Shown in pieces: positions 45,253 through 54,930 of a stretch of 64,000 bases of DNA; position 1 is the stretch's first letter, and each line of letters begins with the position of its first letter. The translations under genes were made by a program, and so were the position numbers. The DNA is from an uncultured delta proteobacterium. GTDB lineage: Bacteria > Myxococcota_A > Polyangia > Polyangiales > Houyiibacteriaceae. The DNA lies in the NCBI GenBank assembly GCA_963699755.1, contig CAVOVB010000002.1:64001-128000 (forward strand), written 5' to 3'. Below the pieces are notes generated by a model that did not search any database, was not told the origin of the DNA, and saw nothing but the letters and a program-made list of their open reading frames with translations.

Positions 45253-46551
45253 ATGAGCTTCGGAGACCTCGCACCAGGCACCCTCATCGCTGAGCGATTC
45301 GTCATCGAACGGCAGGTGGGCGCCGGCGGAATGGGTACGGTATACGCCGCAAAACAACTGGGGCTGGACCGCTCAGTCGCGATCAAAGTGATCTCACCAG
45401 AAGACGCCTCGAAGCCCATGGCCCGACGGCGTTTCGAGCGGGAGGCCCGCGTGGCGTCTGCACTTCGACACCGCAATGCGGTCGAGATCTACGACTTCGG
45501 TACGCACGAAAGCACGATGTACCTGGCGATGGAGCTTCTCGACGGCCTGAGCCTTCGTTCGCTCGTCGACGTCGATCTACCTCCGCTTAGTCCACGCCGT
45601 GCTTGTCAGATCGCCGCAGATGTCGCTGACGTTCTAGCGTCCGCCGCGTCCATCGGCTTGATTCACCGCGACCTCAAGCCGGAGAACATCATTCTCGACC
45701 GGACCCGTGATGGGGAGCGAACGGTGGTCGTTGATTTCGGCCTCGCGTACATTCTGGAAAGCGAGGTTTCGGGGCGGCTCACCCGCGTTGGCGAGGGCCT
45801 CGGCACGCCCGACTATTTGTCGCCCGAGCAAGCGAGGGGCGTGAGCCTTTCGCCTGCCTGCGATGTCTACTCGCTTGGCTGCGTGCTCCACGAGATGCTG
45901 ACCGCAAACCCGCCTTTCGACGGCCAGAACGCTGTCGTCCTGTCGCAGCACTTGTTCGTCGCCCCAGTGTCGATTCGTGAACGCTTCCCGGAGATCCAGA
46001 TCCCTAACGCGCTCGACGAGCTCATCCTTCAGATGCTCGCAAAATCGCCCAACGAACGTCCCTCTGCGCACGCGGTCTTCGAGACACTTCGCTTGCTCGA
46101 CCCGAGCGCTCCCGAACGCAAAGGAGAGGGGACGGGCGAACGGCTCCTCGGCAGGCCGGCGCGGATGGTGTCGGCGCCTCCCATCGAAGCGGATGACGCC
46201 ACGATGGACGGTGACCTCTGGTTTGGCAGCGACATCAAGATCGCGGTGTGCGGCGAGGTCGAGCCGGGCCTGGCGCTCGGGCTTGCCGCAAACGGAATCG
46301 AGGCCGTGGCGATCGAAGCCGAGCCAGCGGAGGTTCCACTGGGCCTATTGGCCGTTTTCGCCCCCGGCGCGAGCGCACGGCAAGTCGCAGCACTTGCAGA
46401 GACGGGGCTTCCCGTCGTGAGCGACGCCGCCCCATCAGACATCGGTCGGCTCACCGAAATGCTGCGGGCGGGTGCATCGGAGATCGTCATTCAGCCCTGC
46501 CCGCCCGAGGAGATCGCTCGGAAGGTTTGGCGCGCGGTTCGGAAGGGCTAA
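45253..46551 (+). CDS. Hanks-type Ser/Thr protein kinase with C-terminal receiver-like domain
   Basis: GAGGMG, VAIK, HRDLKPEN, DFG, GTPDYLSPEQ, DVYSLG. Confidence 0.93.
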   Translation: MSFGDLAPGTLIAERFVIERQVGAGGMGTVYAAKQLGLDRSVAIKVISPEDASKPMARRRFEREARVASALRHRNAVEIYDFGTHESTMYLAMELLDGLSLRSLVDVDLPPLSPRRACQIAADVADVLASAASIGLIHRDLKPENIILDRTRDGERTVVVDFGLAYILESEVSGRLTRVGEGLGTPDYLSPEQARGVSLSPACDVYSLGCVLHEMLTANPPFDGQNAVVLSQHLFVAPVSIRERFPEIQIPNALDELILQMLAKSPNERPSAHAVFETLRLLDPSAPERKGEGTGERLLGRPARMVSAPPIEADDATMDGDLWFGSDIKIAVCGEVEPGLALGLAANGIEAVAIEAEPAEVPLGLLAVFAPGASARQVAALAETGLPVVSDAAPSDIGRLTEMLRAGASEIVIQPCPPEEIARKVWRAVRKG

Positions 46552-46562
46552 AGGGGGGAACG

Positions 46563-48872
46563 TTGCTTCGAACCATCGCATTCATCGCTATGCTCGGCCT
46601 GCTTGTCGGTGTCGCCCCGCATGCAGAGGCGCAGGCGACCGGGCCCAGCGAGACGTACGAGTACGTGGTTCAGCCGGGCGATACCTGCGCAGGCATCGCC
46701 GAACGCCTCTTCGGGAGCAAGAGCCAGTACGATCTCATCCACCAACACAACCCAGGCATGGGCCCCACCCCGCACCACCTAGTGCCGGGCAGAGTCCTAA
46801 TCTTGCCGAGGCTCGAGCAGGGCCCCGACGCTCGGCTCACGGACGTGCAGCGCACGGTGCAAGCGCGGGCGCCGAAAGAGCCCAACTGGGAGCGGGCGAA
46901 ACAGGGCAAGGAGCTCTACCGAGGATGGCGGGTCAATACGCTGGATCGGGCGTCCGCGGATGTGACGTTTCAAGACGGGTCTCTGGTGCAGATGAGACAG
47001 AACACGCTCATCATCATCTATGGAGGCGTGTATCGGGACGCTCGTCGCAAGACCTCCGAAGCAAGCTTGGAGCGAGGCACCCTACGAAGCCGATTGAGCG
47101 AGCTCCGTCTCGATGTGAAGACGCCAACTGCAGAGGCAGCCCTCCACGGCGGCAGCTCAGTCGTCAGTGTCGAGGATGACGGAACGAGCCTGCTCTCGAA
47201 CCACGAAGGCGGTGACGCCCGTTTCAAGGTGACCATGGGCGAGGTGGTCAGTGTGAAGCCGGGATTCGGCTCCAAAGTGCGCAAAGGGACCAAGCGACCG
47301 AGCCAACCTACCCCCCTACCCCCGACCCCCAGATGGAGCAGCGACCTCGAGACGATCTTCTCAGGCATTCGGGCTCAAGGCGGCACGGTTCGTGGAGCAT
47401 GGACGGCAGTCGACTCCGCCAAGTCCTATCGGATCGAGCTCGCCAGGGGCCGCAATGGGGGCGAAGTGCTCGTGGCGACGAAGGTGCCTTCATCGGTCAC
47501 GAGCTTCGAGATTCACCGACTCCCAGAAGGAGTCTACTTCGCTCGTGTTTCGACGATCGACGGCGACGGGTTTGAAAGCCCGCAATCCGATTCGCGTGCG
47601 ATGACCGTGCGCTTGGTGCACCTCGACGTACCCGGCGAGGAAGCGCCTCCGAGCGAAGACCCGGGCGATCCGGAGCTTGCACCCTTGCCGGCCAGAGTGC
47701 TTCCTGGGACGAAAGTCGTCTCGCCGAGCGGATTCCTCTGCAGCACGGCGAGCCACGACAAGTCTGCGTCCTTCACATTGAGCGACGCGGGTGCCTACGA
47801 AGTGGAGTGCGCGGCGCACGACGGGACTGCGGCGCCGCCGGTCGCAGTTGCGGTCGTGGCGCCTGTTTTGGAAGTCCTGGAACCCGAGACGAACGCGCCG
47901 CTGGTTAGAAACGCTGCTCCGAGGCGTATGAACGTGGCCGTGCAGAGCGAGCTGCCGCTTCCCGATGCCACCCGGTTCCGTGTTTCCCCAGAAGTTGCTC
48001 TTGATCATCTGACCCGTAGCGGCAACACGACCACGCTCGAGCTCGGCGCGACGACGGAAAGTCCCGACGAGATCCGGCTCGATCTGGTGGCGGGGCCCAA
48101 TGATGATGATGCGGTGCTCGCATCGCTTGGATTCGACGTGATTGAATCCGAGAGGCTGGATTTCGCGCCGAACGAGGCGCTGGGACTCATGCTGTCGCGA
48201 AATGCCCTTGGACTGACGAACGATCGAAGGGAAGGCTCGGGCCCGATCGCAACGTTCGCATACGCCGGGGACCCGAGAGCGAACAAGGGCAGATGGCGGC
48301 TGAACCTCGGCGGGGAGGTCGCGCCCGTTCGACGCGTCCGCCTCGGCATCGCAGTCCCGGTCGATGTACACCGAAGCGGCGCCGGGCCAGCACCGCTCAG
48401 CCATGACGGGCTCCTAGTCTGGGGCGGGTACCGCATCCTAATGCGACGCGACATCTCGCTCTATGCCCAGCTCGGCGTCTGGTTTCCGAGCGCCCAAGAA
48501 GACAAGAGCATCCGCCGGACCCGCATTGCGCCGGCCTTGGAGGCCTCATACCTACTCATCGACCGCCTGCTGTTTCGTACGCGACAAGGAGCGATCCTCC
48601 AGACCTCGTCCGGAGGCCCGTTCCTCTGGGCCTCGGCATATGGCCTCGATATCAAGCTCGTTCGGCGCCTTTCGATCAGTGGGGAGCTCGATCTAGTGCT
48701 CGGCAGGTCCGGAGACGAAGCCGTGGAGGGCGTCGGCGGGGGTCCTGGCCTGAGCCTGCTGCTCGGCCCCGCAGCGCTTTACTTCGCAACCCGCTTTTCG
48801 GCCACCGACGACTTCGAGGCGATCAACGGAAAGTATACCTTCACCGGCGGTGTTAGAGTGACCTTCGAGTGA
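46563..48872 (+). CDS. Exported LysM + FecR-like + FN3 protein with probable C-terminal beta-barrel
   Basis: Signal peptide ending AEA; YVVQPGDT..IA...LVPGRVLILP; VNT..ASADVTFQDGSLVQM; LPEGVYFARVSTID; alternating beta strands ending YTFTGGVRVTFE; TTG 46563 after a G-rich RBS. Confidence 0.75.
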   Translation: MLRTIAFIAMLGLLVGVAPHAEAQATGPSETYEYVVQPGDTCAGIAERLFGSKSQYDLIHQHNPGMGPTPHHLVPGRVLILPRLEQGPDARLTDVQRTVQARAPKEPNWERAKQGKELYRGWRVNTLDRASADVTFQDGSLVQMRQNTLIIIYGGVYRDARRKTSEASLERGTLRSRLSELRLDVKTPTAEAALHGGSSVVSVEDDGTSLLSNHEGGDARFKVTMGEVVSVKPGFGSKVRKGTKRPSQPTPLPPTPRWSSDLETIFSGIRAQGGTVRGAWTAVDSAKSYRIELARGRNGGEVLVATKVPSSVTSFEIHRLPEGVYFARVSTIDGDGFESPQSDSRAMTVRLVHLDVPGEEAPPSEDPGDPELAPLPARVLPGTKVVSPSGFLCSTASHDKSASFTLSDAGAYEVECAAHDGTAAPPVAVAVVAPVLEVLEPETNAPLVRNAAPRRMNVAVQSELPLPDATRFRVSPEVALDHLTRSGNTTTLELGATTESPDEIRLDLVAGPNDDDAVLASLGFDVIESERLDFAPNEALGLMLSRNALGLTNDRREGSGPIATFAYAGDPRANKGRWRLNLGGEVAPVRRVRLGIAVPVDVHRSGAGPAPLSHDGLLVWGGYRILMRRDISLYAQLGVWFPSAQEDKSIRRTRIAPALEASYLLIDRLLFRTRQGAILQTSSGGPFLWASAYGLDIKLVRRLSISGELDLVLGRSGDEAVEGVGGGPGLSLLLGPAALYFATRFSATDDFEAINGKYTFTGGVRVTFE

Positions 48873-48891
48873 GGAGTCTTCCGGTACCGCG

Positions 48892-49251
48892 CTAAGTCGG
48901 CGCGGCGGGCCCTTCGTAGCGGTCGCCCCCGAAGGCGAGGATCGGATAGAAGATGAAGCCCAGGAAGAACAGCCCTAAGGCGAACGCGAGATCGTGGCCG
49001 AACGACCTCGACAAGTCGAGCGCGACGAGGAAGCCCACGACGATGTTCACCAGCGGAACCAAGAAAAGGAAGATCCACCACCAGGGACGCCCGACGATCT
49101 CGAGTAGGACGATCACGTTGTAGATGGGGATGATCGCCGCCCATCCCGGTTTGCCGGCTTTCTCGAAGATCTTCCAGAGCACCCAGACGAAGAACGCAAT
49201 GACTGCGAGCTGAATGATCAACCCGACGAAGCTGCCGTCACCTCGGTCCAT
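48892..49251 (-). CDS. DUF5684-like small membrane protein
   Basis: WKIFEKAGKPGWAAIIPIYN, LSRSFG, YPILAFG. Confidence 0.8.
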   Translation of the reverse strand: MDRGDGSFVGLIIQLAVIAFFVWVLWKIFEKAGKPGWAAIIPIYNVIVLLEIVGRPWWWIFLFLVPLVNIVVGFLVALDLSRSFGHDLAFALGLFFLGFIFYPILAFGGDRYEGPAAPT

Positions 49252-49315
49252 TTGTAACCTCCTCTGGCGAGCTCTTGGTCGCCTCGTCGACTACCCTAAC
49301 ATGACCTGACCTGGC

Positions 49316-50182
49316 TCAGCGACGGCCTATCGACGCCTGGAGCGCGTCGGCCTCGAAACCGTCCGGAGCCTTGCCGTCCCGCATGTAGAGGTAGAGCGCG
49401 GCTTGAAAAATGCCCTGTAGGGCGGACTGCGCCAGCGCAATGACGATGAAGCCGATCACGGACACCGCGATGAGCGCCAGGCTCTGGGCCGCGATGCCCA
49501 TGAACAAGAGCAGCACCAGGGGCAGCGCGAGAACGATGAATATCAAGCCGAAGCTGAAGTTGCCGATGATCTGCTCGCCCCAGGTCTTCTTGAGCATCGA
49601 GGCCGAGCGCTGAAGCGCGGTCAACGGTCCCTCGTTCTCGATCACGAGAACGGGAACGACGAGAAAGCTGGTAATCGACCAGGCCATGCCCAGAAGACCC
49701 GCAACAATCTTGCCGACGAGGTTGGAGCGTTCTTCGATCATGCGGAGCACCAGCCCGACGGTCGCCGCGAGCACCGCCCAACCCAAGATTGCGGGAAGCC
49801 GAGCCCAGGCAGCGCGGAGGCCGTCTCCCACGGTCGGATCGCCGCCTTCCATTCGAATCTCGGCGCAGGCGATGAGGCCGGCATTGAAGAAGATGATCAC
49901 GAAGTAGTTGCAGCAGTAGAAGAGGAACAGGCCAAGCATTTGCAGGACTTGATCCGTCGAAATCCTGCCGTCGGACGCCCGCAGCGCTTCGGCTGCGCCT
50001 GCTGTCACGCTCTCGCGGGCGGCCTGCCAATCGGTCAGAGCCAGCATTGGTGCGGCAACCGACGCGAGAACCAGCATACAGCCGATCGCCGAGAGCAGCG
50101 GAAAGAAGAGGAGCTCTTTGTCCTGCTTCAGCACCTCCCAGGATGCGCGCATCAACGAAAACGTACGAGAAAATTTGCCCAA
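49316..50182 (-). CDS. DUF6159-like membrane protein
   Basis: SWEVLKQDKELLFFP, IFFNAGL, ILGWA, RSASMLKKTWGE, ALYLY; start moved to TTG 50182 behind a GGGGG RBS. Confidence 0.72.
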   Translation of the reverse strand: MGKFSRTFSLMRASWEVLKQDKELLFFPLLSAIGCMLVLASVAAPMLALTDWQAARESVTAGAAEALRASDGRISTDQVLQMLGLFLFYCCNYFVIIFFNAGLIACAEIRMEGGDPTVGDGLRAAWARLPAILGWAVLAATVGLVLRMIEERSNLVGKIVAGLLGMAWSITSFLVVPVLVIENEGPLTALQRSASMLKKTWGEQIIGNFSFGLIFIVLALPLVLLLFMGIAAQSLALIAVSVIGFIVIALAQSALQGIFQAALYLYMRDGKAPDGFEADALQASIGRR

Positions 50183-50333
50183 GTTGTCCCCCTTTTGCCG
50201 GACACAGCCCTCCAAGAGGATATCGCAAACTGAGCTCGGGCCAAAATCCGCTAGTGGCACTGCCTTCCCGGCCGCTCGTCGCTCGCGCCTGATATGCGAC
50301 GACTAGCGTCTTGGCTCAGGGCAACTGCCGTCG

Positions 50334-51005
50334 TCATTCCAGTCCCGGCAACGGTACGCCGCCTCGCGCCTGCGCGCATTCGTCGATGAATGCGTAGTAG
50401 ACCGCTGCCATGACCTCGTACGCCGTGAAGCCGATGCGATGCCGAAGGCTGGGTGGGGCGGCGGCGGCGGCAGGCCGAACCTCGAAGCCCGCGCACTCGA
50501 AGAGCCGGCGCGCTCGCCCGAGGTGGTAGGGCGAGGTCACTAGGATGACCTGAGATCTTCGCCCAGGGCTCGCTTCAGCACTTAGCAACTGCTTAGTGAA
50601 GCGCGCGTTCTCGATGGTGTTCCGGGACTTGGTTTCGATGCGAATCGCATCCGCGGGGACGCCGAGGTCGACAGCGAGGTCGCGCATGACCTCGGCTTCG
50701 ACGTCGCCCCGGGGTGCCGGTCCGCCGGTCATGACGAGGAGCGGTGCGCAGCCCTGTTGGTAGATCTCGACACCTCGTCGGACGCGGCGTTCGCTTTCTG
50801 GCATCACTCGGCCGTATTCGTCGGTCGGCGGCCGATTTCCGAGCACGACAATTGCGTCGACGCGGAGATCTTCGGGCAGCTCGGGCCAGGACTCGCTGCA
50901 GGCGCTCACCAGCAGGCTGAGCAGCAGGAGTTGGCAAGCTCCTCGCCTTCGCCCACCGCTGCGGCTATGCTCGACAGCCTGCGTGGCTTTCCTGAGGGAG
51001 AACAT
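50334..51005 (-). CDS. YdcF/DUF218 family protein
   Basis: DAIVVLG, LVMTGG, EAEVM, ETKSRNTIENA, LVTSPYHLGRA; start uncertain. Confidence 0.82.
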   Translation of the reverse strand: MFSLRKATQAVEHSRSGGRRRGACQLLLLSLLVSACSESWPELPEDLRVDAIVVLGNRPPTDEYGRVMPESERRVRRGVEIYQQGCAPLLVMTGGPAPRGDVEAEVMRDLAVDLGVPADAIRIETKSRNTIENARFTKQLLSAEASPGRRSQVILVTSPYHLGRARRLFECAGFEVRPAAAAAPPSLRHRIGFTAYEVMAAVYYAFIDECAQARGGVPLPGLE

Positions 51006-51480
51006 GAATCGGCATCTTTGCGCCAAATGGACGCTGTTGTTCGTTGCGAGCGTGGGCGTCACCCTGTCGGCGTTTGCTGCCGATTCCGACGACCGACCCT
51101 CCGCTGACCCGGACGACCCGCTCTCCATCACATTCGTAATTTCGAAAGCCAAGTCCCGAGAAGGCCGGGTATTGTGCGGCCTCTACGCTCAAGAGGCGAA
51201 GTGGCTGAGTCGCGACTATTTTCAAGGCGCCAAGTCCGAGATCGACGAACACGGTAGAGCGCGCTGCGAGTTCCGAGGCATACCAGCCGGATTGTATGCG
51301 ATTTCCGCATTTCATGATCTCGATAGTGACAACGAGCTCGATCGAAAGATCTTTGGCATTCCTTCGGAACCCTACTGCGCGTCGCGAAACGCTCGACGCG
51401 CCTTCGGCCCGCCCCGCTGGCGAGACGCGGTCTTCGAGTACCCCGACATCGCCCCGGTCGAGCTCAACGCCGAGTTCTAG
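51004..51480 (+). CDS. DUF2141 family exported protein
   Basis: Signal peptide, GRVLCGLY, IPAGLYAISAFHDLDSDNELD..FGIPSEPY..SRN; GAGGGAG RBS. Confidence 0.82.
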   Translation: MNRHLCAKWTLLFVASVGVTLSAFAADSDDRPSADPDDPLSITFVISKAKSREGRVLCGLYAQEAKWLSRDYFQGAKSEIDEHGRARCEFRGIPAGLYAISAFHDLDSDNELDRKIFGIPSEPYCASRNARRAFGPPRWRDAVFEYPDIAPVELNAEF

Positions 51481-51500
51481 AGGGCTCCGGGAAACGCGAG

Positions 51501-52505
51501 CTAGCGGTACAGCGCTCGCACCGCGTCGAGCGATTCGATTTCTCGATCGGGCATCTCTGGACGCTTTGCCTGTTCGATTTCTTTGATGGCCGCAGCCGCC
51601 TCGTCCCCACCGACATCAGAGAGGGACTTCACGGCCAGGTAGACATCCGCCGCATCCCCTCGCAGGCCGGCCTTCTTCAAGAACGGCACCGCGCTTTTCA
51701 TGCCGAGGACGCCAAGCCCCCACAATGCCGTTCGGCGCACGGACTGCTGACCGTCGGCCGTCAGCGTGCTCAGGTACTCGGCCGCGCGCTGATTGTTCGT
51801 GCACGCGACGTCCGCCAGCCGTGAGACGATGCCCGAGTAACCGGGCTTTGGCTTGGCTGCGATCAGCGCTTCGACCGCAGCGTCAGGCACCGAGAGGTTC
51901 CAGAACGATCGATTCAGCTTGGCGGCCGCCTCACGGACGACCAGATGCAGCGGGTCCGTGTAGAGGTATGTCCAGGTACCGGTATCGCGTTTTCTCTTCA
52001 GGACCTTGGCGTGGACGGCAAACCCAGTGATGACCTGGGACTTGCCCGCGAACGTTGCCACGATCCGAAGGTGCGTAAGGGTAACCATCGGCGAAAAACC
52101 TGTGGTCTGACGGTTTCGGATGTCGAAGGTCTCGACTCGCAGCTTCATCGCTTCGCCGCCCGCATCGGGCTTAGTGGAGGCTGGGATTCCGTGCTCGGAC
52201 AGCTGGTTCGCGATCGACTCCCCGAGAAACGCCAAGGGATCGCTCCCCCCCTGGGCGAAGGTGAGATTCACCTTCTCGTATCGGCCCCAGACAAACGGAC
52301 CTTTGCGCTGCCTGGCATCTTCCACGAGGATGCGCACCGACGCAGGGGCTGGCCCCGCGTACTTGAAGTCCGCGGATTCCACGGCTGCGACCTCGTGATC
52401 GACACCGGCATAGGCGCTCGGAGCGGCAAGGCTGACAGCCAAGAAGGCGGCGCTCGACAGTAGAACGAACAACAACTTTCGAATTCGATCAACACTTTCT
52501 TTCAT
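51501..52505 (-). CDS. Exported protein with C-terminal HEAT repeats
   Basis: Signal peptide ending AYA; VRRTALWGLGVLG..AVPFL and AVKSLSDVGG HEAT-like units. Confidence 0.6.
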   Translation of the reverse strand: MKESVDRIRKLLFVLLSSAAFLAVSLAAPSAYAGVDHEVAAVESADFKYAGPAPASVRILVEDARQRKGPFVWGRYEKVNLTFAQGGSDPLAFLGESIANQLSEHGIPASTKPDAGGEAMKLRVETFDIRNRQTTGFSPMVTLTHLRIVATFAGKSQVITGFAVHAKVLKRKRDTGTWTYLYTDPLHLVVREAAAKLNRSFWNLSVPDAAVEALIAAKPKPGYSGIVSRLADVACTNNQRAAEYLSTLTADGQQSVRRTALWGLGVLGMKSAVPFLKKAGLRGDAADVYLAVKSLSDVGGDEAAAAIKEIEQAKRPEMPDREIESLDAVRALYR

Positions 52506-52631
52506 GCCTTTGGCGGTGCAACACTCATGCCAGATGCAGATGTCGCCTATTCCTGTTCCGCTGAAACAGTCTCGCGAAAGTCTTGCGCGCGTGCGCTCGA
52601 TCGCGACAAGCTTGCGCCAAGCTGCGCGCGG

Positions 52632-53372
52632 CTAGAGGGGACAGAGCCTTTCAACGCTGCTGAGCATCTCATCCCAGAGCGGATTCCAAACGGTCCAACC
52701 GTGGCCGCCCTCTCTCGTGAAGACGTGGCCCTCCGGCAGAACGTCGGCGAGCAGTTTGTGCGCCTCGGCACCACCATCCTGCTCGCCATATGCAAGGAAG
52801 ATCGGCGGGCGCTTCTCACCATTGGTGTACCCCTTCAGCCAGACCCAGAGGGAAACGTCCCATTTGGATTGGTCTTCCGGTGGTTGCCAGGCCGCCAACC
52901 CACCCACCTCTTCGACGCTCTTGAGAGTGCCTTTGCGGCCTAGGTATGGCGCGACGAGAATGATTCCGTCGACGAGCTCCGGGTGCTCCTGTGCCATCAG
53001 CAGTGAACCGACTCCGCCCATCGAGGTTCCGACCAACCAAATCGTCTCGATGCCTCGCGCGCGCAGGGAGGAGAGAACATCCTCGTCCAGGCGTGGGAGG
53101 AGGTTCCGTTCACGGTAATAACCGAAGTGGGCGTCGACGGTGATGGCCTCGAGATCAGGCTCGCGGGCCTGGAGGCGCTCGACGACTCGGTTCTCGCTAT
53201 ACGACTCACCGAGGTCGCCTTTGCCGGGCAACATCACCGCCGCGCAGCGGGGCGAAGGCGCGAGGGCCTCGTGAGCGGTCGAAGGAATTGGGGTTTGTGT
53301 TGAAGGGGCGCAGGCCGTCGCGGCCGCTATCGCGAGCAGCGAGAATATTTTGAGAACCTTGAACACGCGCAC
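52632..53372 (-). CDS. Alpha/beta hydrolase lipoprotein
   Basis: AATAC lipobox-like, GTSMGG nucleophile elbow, YGEQD, GGHGW. Confidence 0.82.
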   Translation of the reverse strand: MRVFKVLKIFSLLAIAAATACAPSTQTPIPSTAHEALAPSPRCAAVMLPGKGDLGESYSENRVVERLQAREPDLEAITVDAHFGYYRERNLLPRLDEDVLSSLRARGIETIWLVGTSMGGVGSLLMAQEHPELVDGIILVAPYLGRKGTLKSVEEVGGLAAWQPPEDQSKWDVSLWVWLKGYTNGEKRPPIFLAYGEQDGGAEAHKLLADVLPEGHVFTREGGHGWTVWNPLWDEMLSSVERLCPL

Positions 53373-53408
53373 CTTACAACCTACATCGAGTCACGCTAGA
53401 TTCGACGA

Positions 53409-54284
53409 GTGCTCGTCCCCCCTATGAAGGCGATCTCCTCGTCCCTGCTATTCCTGGTCACCGCCCTGGGCTGCGTCAAGCCGGAGCCATACCTTCGCCA
53501 CGGCTCAATCCACAGTCGAGCCATGGGTCGACCCATGGAATACGCCGCCTATGTTCCGAGAAACCTAGCCAAGGGCAAGCGGGTGCCCCTGTTCTTGTTT
53601 CTGCACGGCGGCGGGGACGATCCCGGTGCATTCGACGAGGTGGAGCTTGGTCAGGCGCTCGACGCAGAGGTGATCGCCGGCCGCTTGCCTCCTTTCGTCT
53701 TGGTGCTCCCCGACGGCGAGTTCGGCTTCTGGGAGAACTGGTACGACGGCAGCTTTCGCTACGCGGACTGGGTGCTCGAAGACTTGCTTCCGTATGTCCA
53801 CGGAACGCTTCCGGTGGAGCGATGCCCAGACCGGTGCGCGGTCATGGGGGTGTCGATGGGAGGACACGGAGCGCTCCGCTTCGCGCTACACCATCCGGAG
53901 ACCTTCGATGCCGTTGCGGCGATCAGCGCTCCGATCTTCAATACCGAACAGATGATCGACTTCAGCAACCGATTCGTGGCGAAGTTCCTCTTTCAGTCAC
54001 GCCGCGTCTTCGGCCCGGCGAACGAGGAGGAGCGTGCACGCATCGAGGCAGACGACCTCTATCTGCGCTGGAGCTCGCCGCAAGACGTCGAAGGGCTTCG
54101 CCTCTTTTTCGCCTGGGGAACCGCCGACCGCGAAGGAATCATCTCGGCCAACGAGTCGTTTACGCGGCATCTGGACGACAGTAAGATTCCCTACACCTCG
54201 ATCGTGTTCGAAGGGCAGCACCGGTGGGTCGACTGGAAACCGGTAATCATCGACTTAATTCGCCAGATGCTATCGCCTGATTAG
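53409..54284 (+). CDS. Esterase family alpha/beta hydrolase lipoprotein
   Basis: TALGC lipobox, LFLHGGG, GVSMGGHGA, WGTAD, GQHRW. Confidence 0.85.
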   Translation: MLVPPMKAISSSLLFLVTALGCVKPEPYLRHGSIHSRAMGRPMEYAAYVPRNLAKGKRVPLFLFLHGGGDDPGAFDEVELGQALDAEVIAGRLPPFVLVLPDGEFGFWENWYDGSFRYADWVLEDLLPYVHGTLPVERCPDRCAVMGVSMGGHGALRFALHHPETFDAVAAISAPIFNTEQMIDFSNRFVAKFLFQSRRVFGPANEEERARIEADDLYLRWSSPQDVEGLRLFFAWGTADREGIISANESFTRHLDDSKIPYTSIVFEGQHRWVDWKPVIIDLIRQMLSPD

Positions 54285-54930
54285 GTAGACGCTGTTGCTC
54301 GACGGTGACGATCGTGAGCTCATATCCGAACCACGCATTGTCCAAGGTGGCGCGTTGCGGAGCGGAGCGCCCAGGCAGCCAGCCCTCGTAGTGCACTCGA
54401 AGCTCGCCTCGATCGACCGCGTCACTGCGCCGAAAACTTCGCGAAACCAGCCTTCCATCTGCGTAGGTTTCGCTGATCATCAGGGTCTCGTGCTCGCCCG
54501 CGCGTGTTCCGGTGAAACCAGCGAGTACCGGAGGGAGCCAAGGATAGAATACCTTCTGGACGTCGGCCATGATGTGCTCCGGAGCGAACGGAAGGCTTCG
54601 ACCGCTACGGTTTTCAAAGCGGACCCCCGACGCGCTGAGCGTCGCGATGAAGCCCGCCCTTCCCAAGGGGCCGAGTCCAATCAAGATCAGCGCCTCGCCA
54701 TCCATCTGGAGCACCGCGTCGAAAGATTCGCTGCGGTCGCCCCACGAGGCGACGACGCGCTGTCGCCAAACGAATCGCTCGGCGATTGCCGTCGGGGCGA
54801 GCATGGGGCCAGGCCCGATTTCGATACCAGACTCCGGCTTTGCGGTGCGTGCATCTCGTGCGCAGGCGCCGAGCGCGAAGAGCGCCGATGCAAGCAACAA
54901 GAAATCGAGAATGCCAGCGAGAGACCTCAA
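54247..54930 (-). CDS. DUF3261 family lipoprotein (aryl-polyene cluster)
   Basis: ALGAC lipobox, LILIGLGPLG, PEHIMADVQ..YP, YELTI; last gene of the APE-type operon. Confidence 0.7.
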   Translation of the reverse strand: MRSLAGILDFLLLASALFALGACARDARTAKPESGIEIGPGPMLAPTAIAERFVWRQRVVASWGDRSESFDAVLQMDGEALILIGLGPLGRAGFIATLSASGVRFENRSGRSLPFAPEHIMADVQKVFYPWLPPVLAGFTGTRAGEHETLMISETYADGRLVSRSFRRSDAVDRGELRVHYEGWLPGRSAPQRATLDNAWFGYELTIVTVEQQRLPNQAIASGELSR

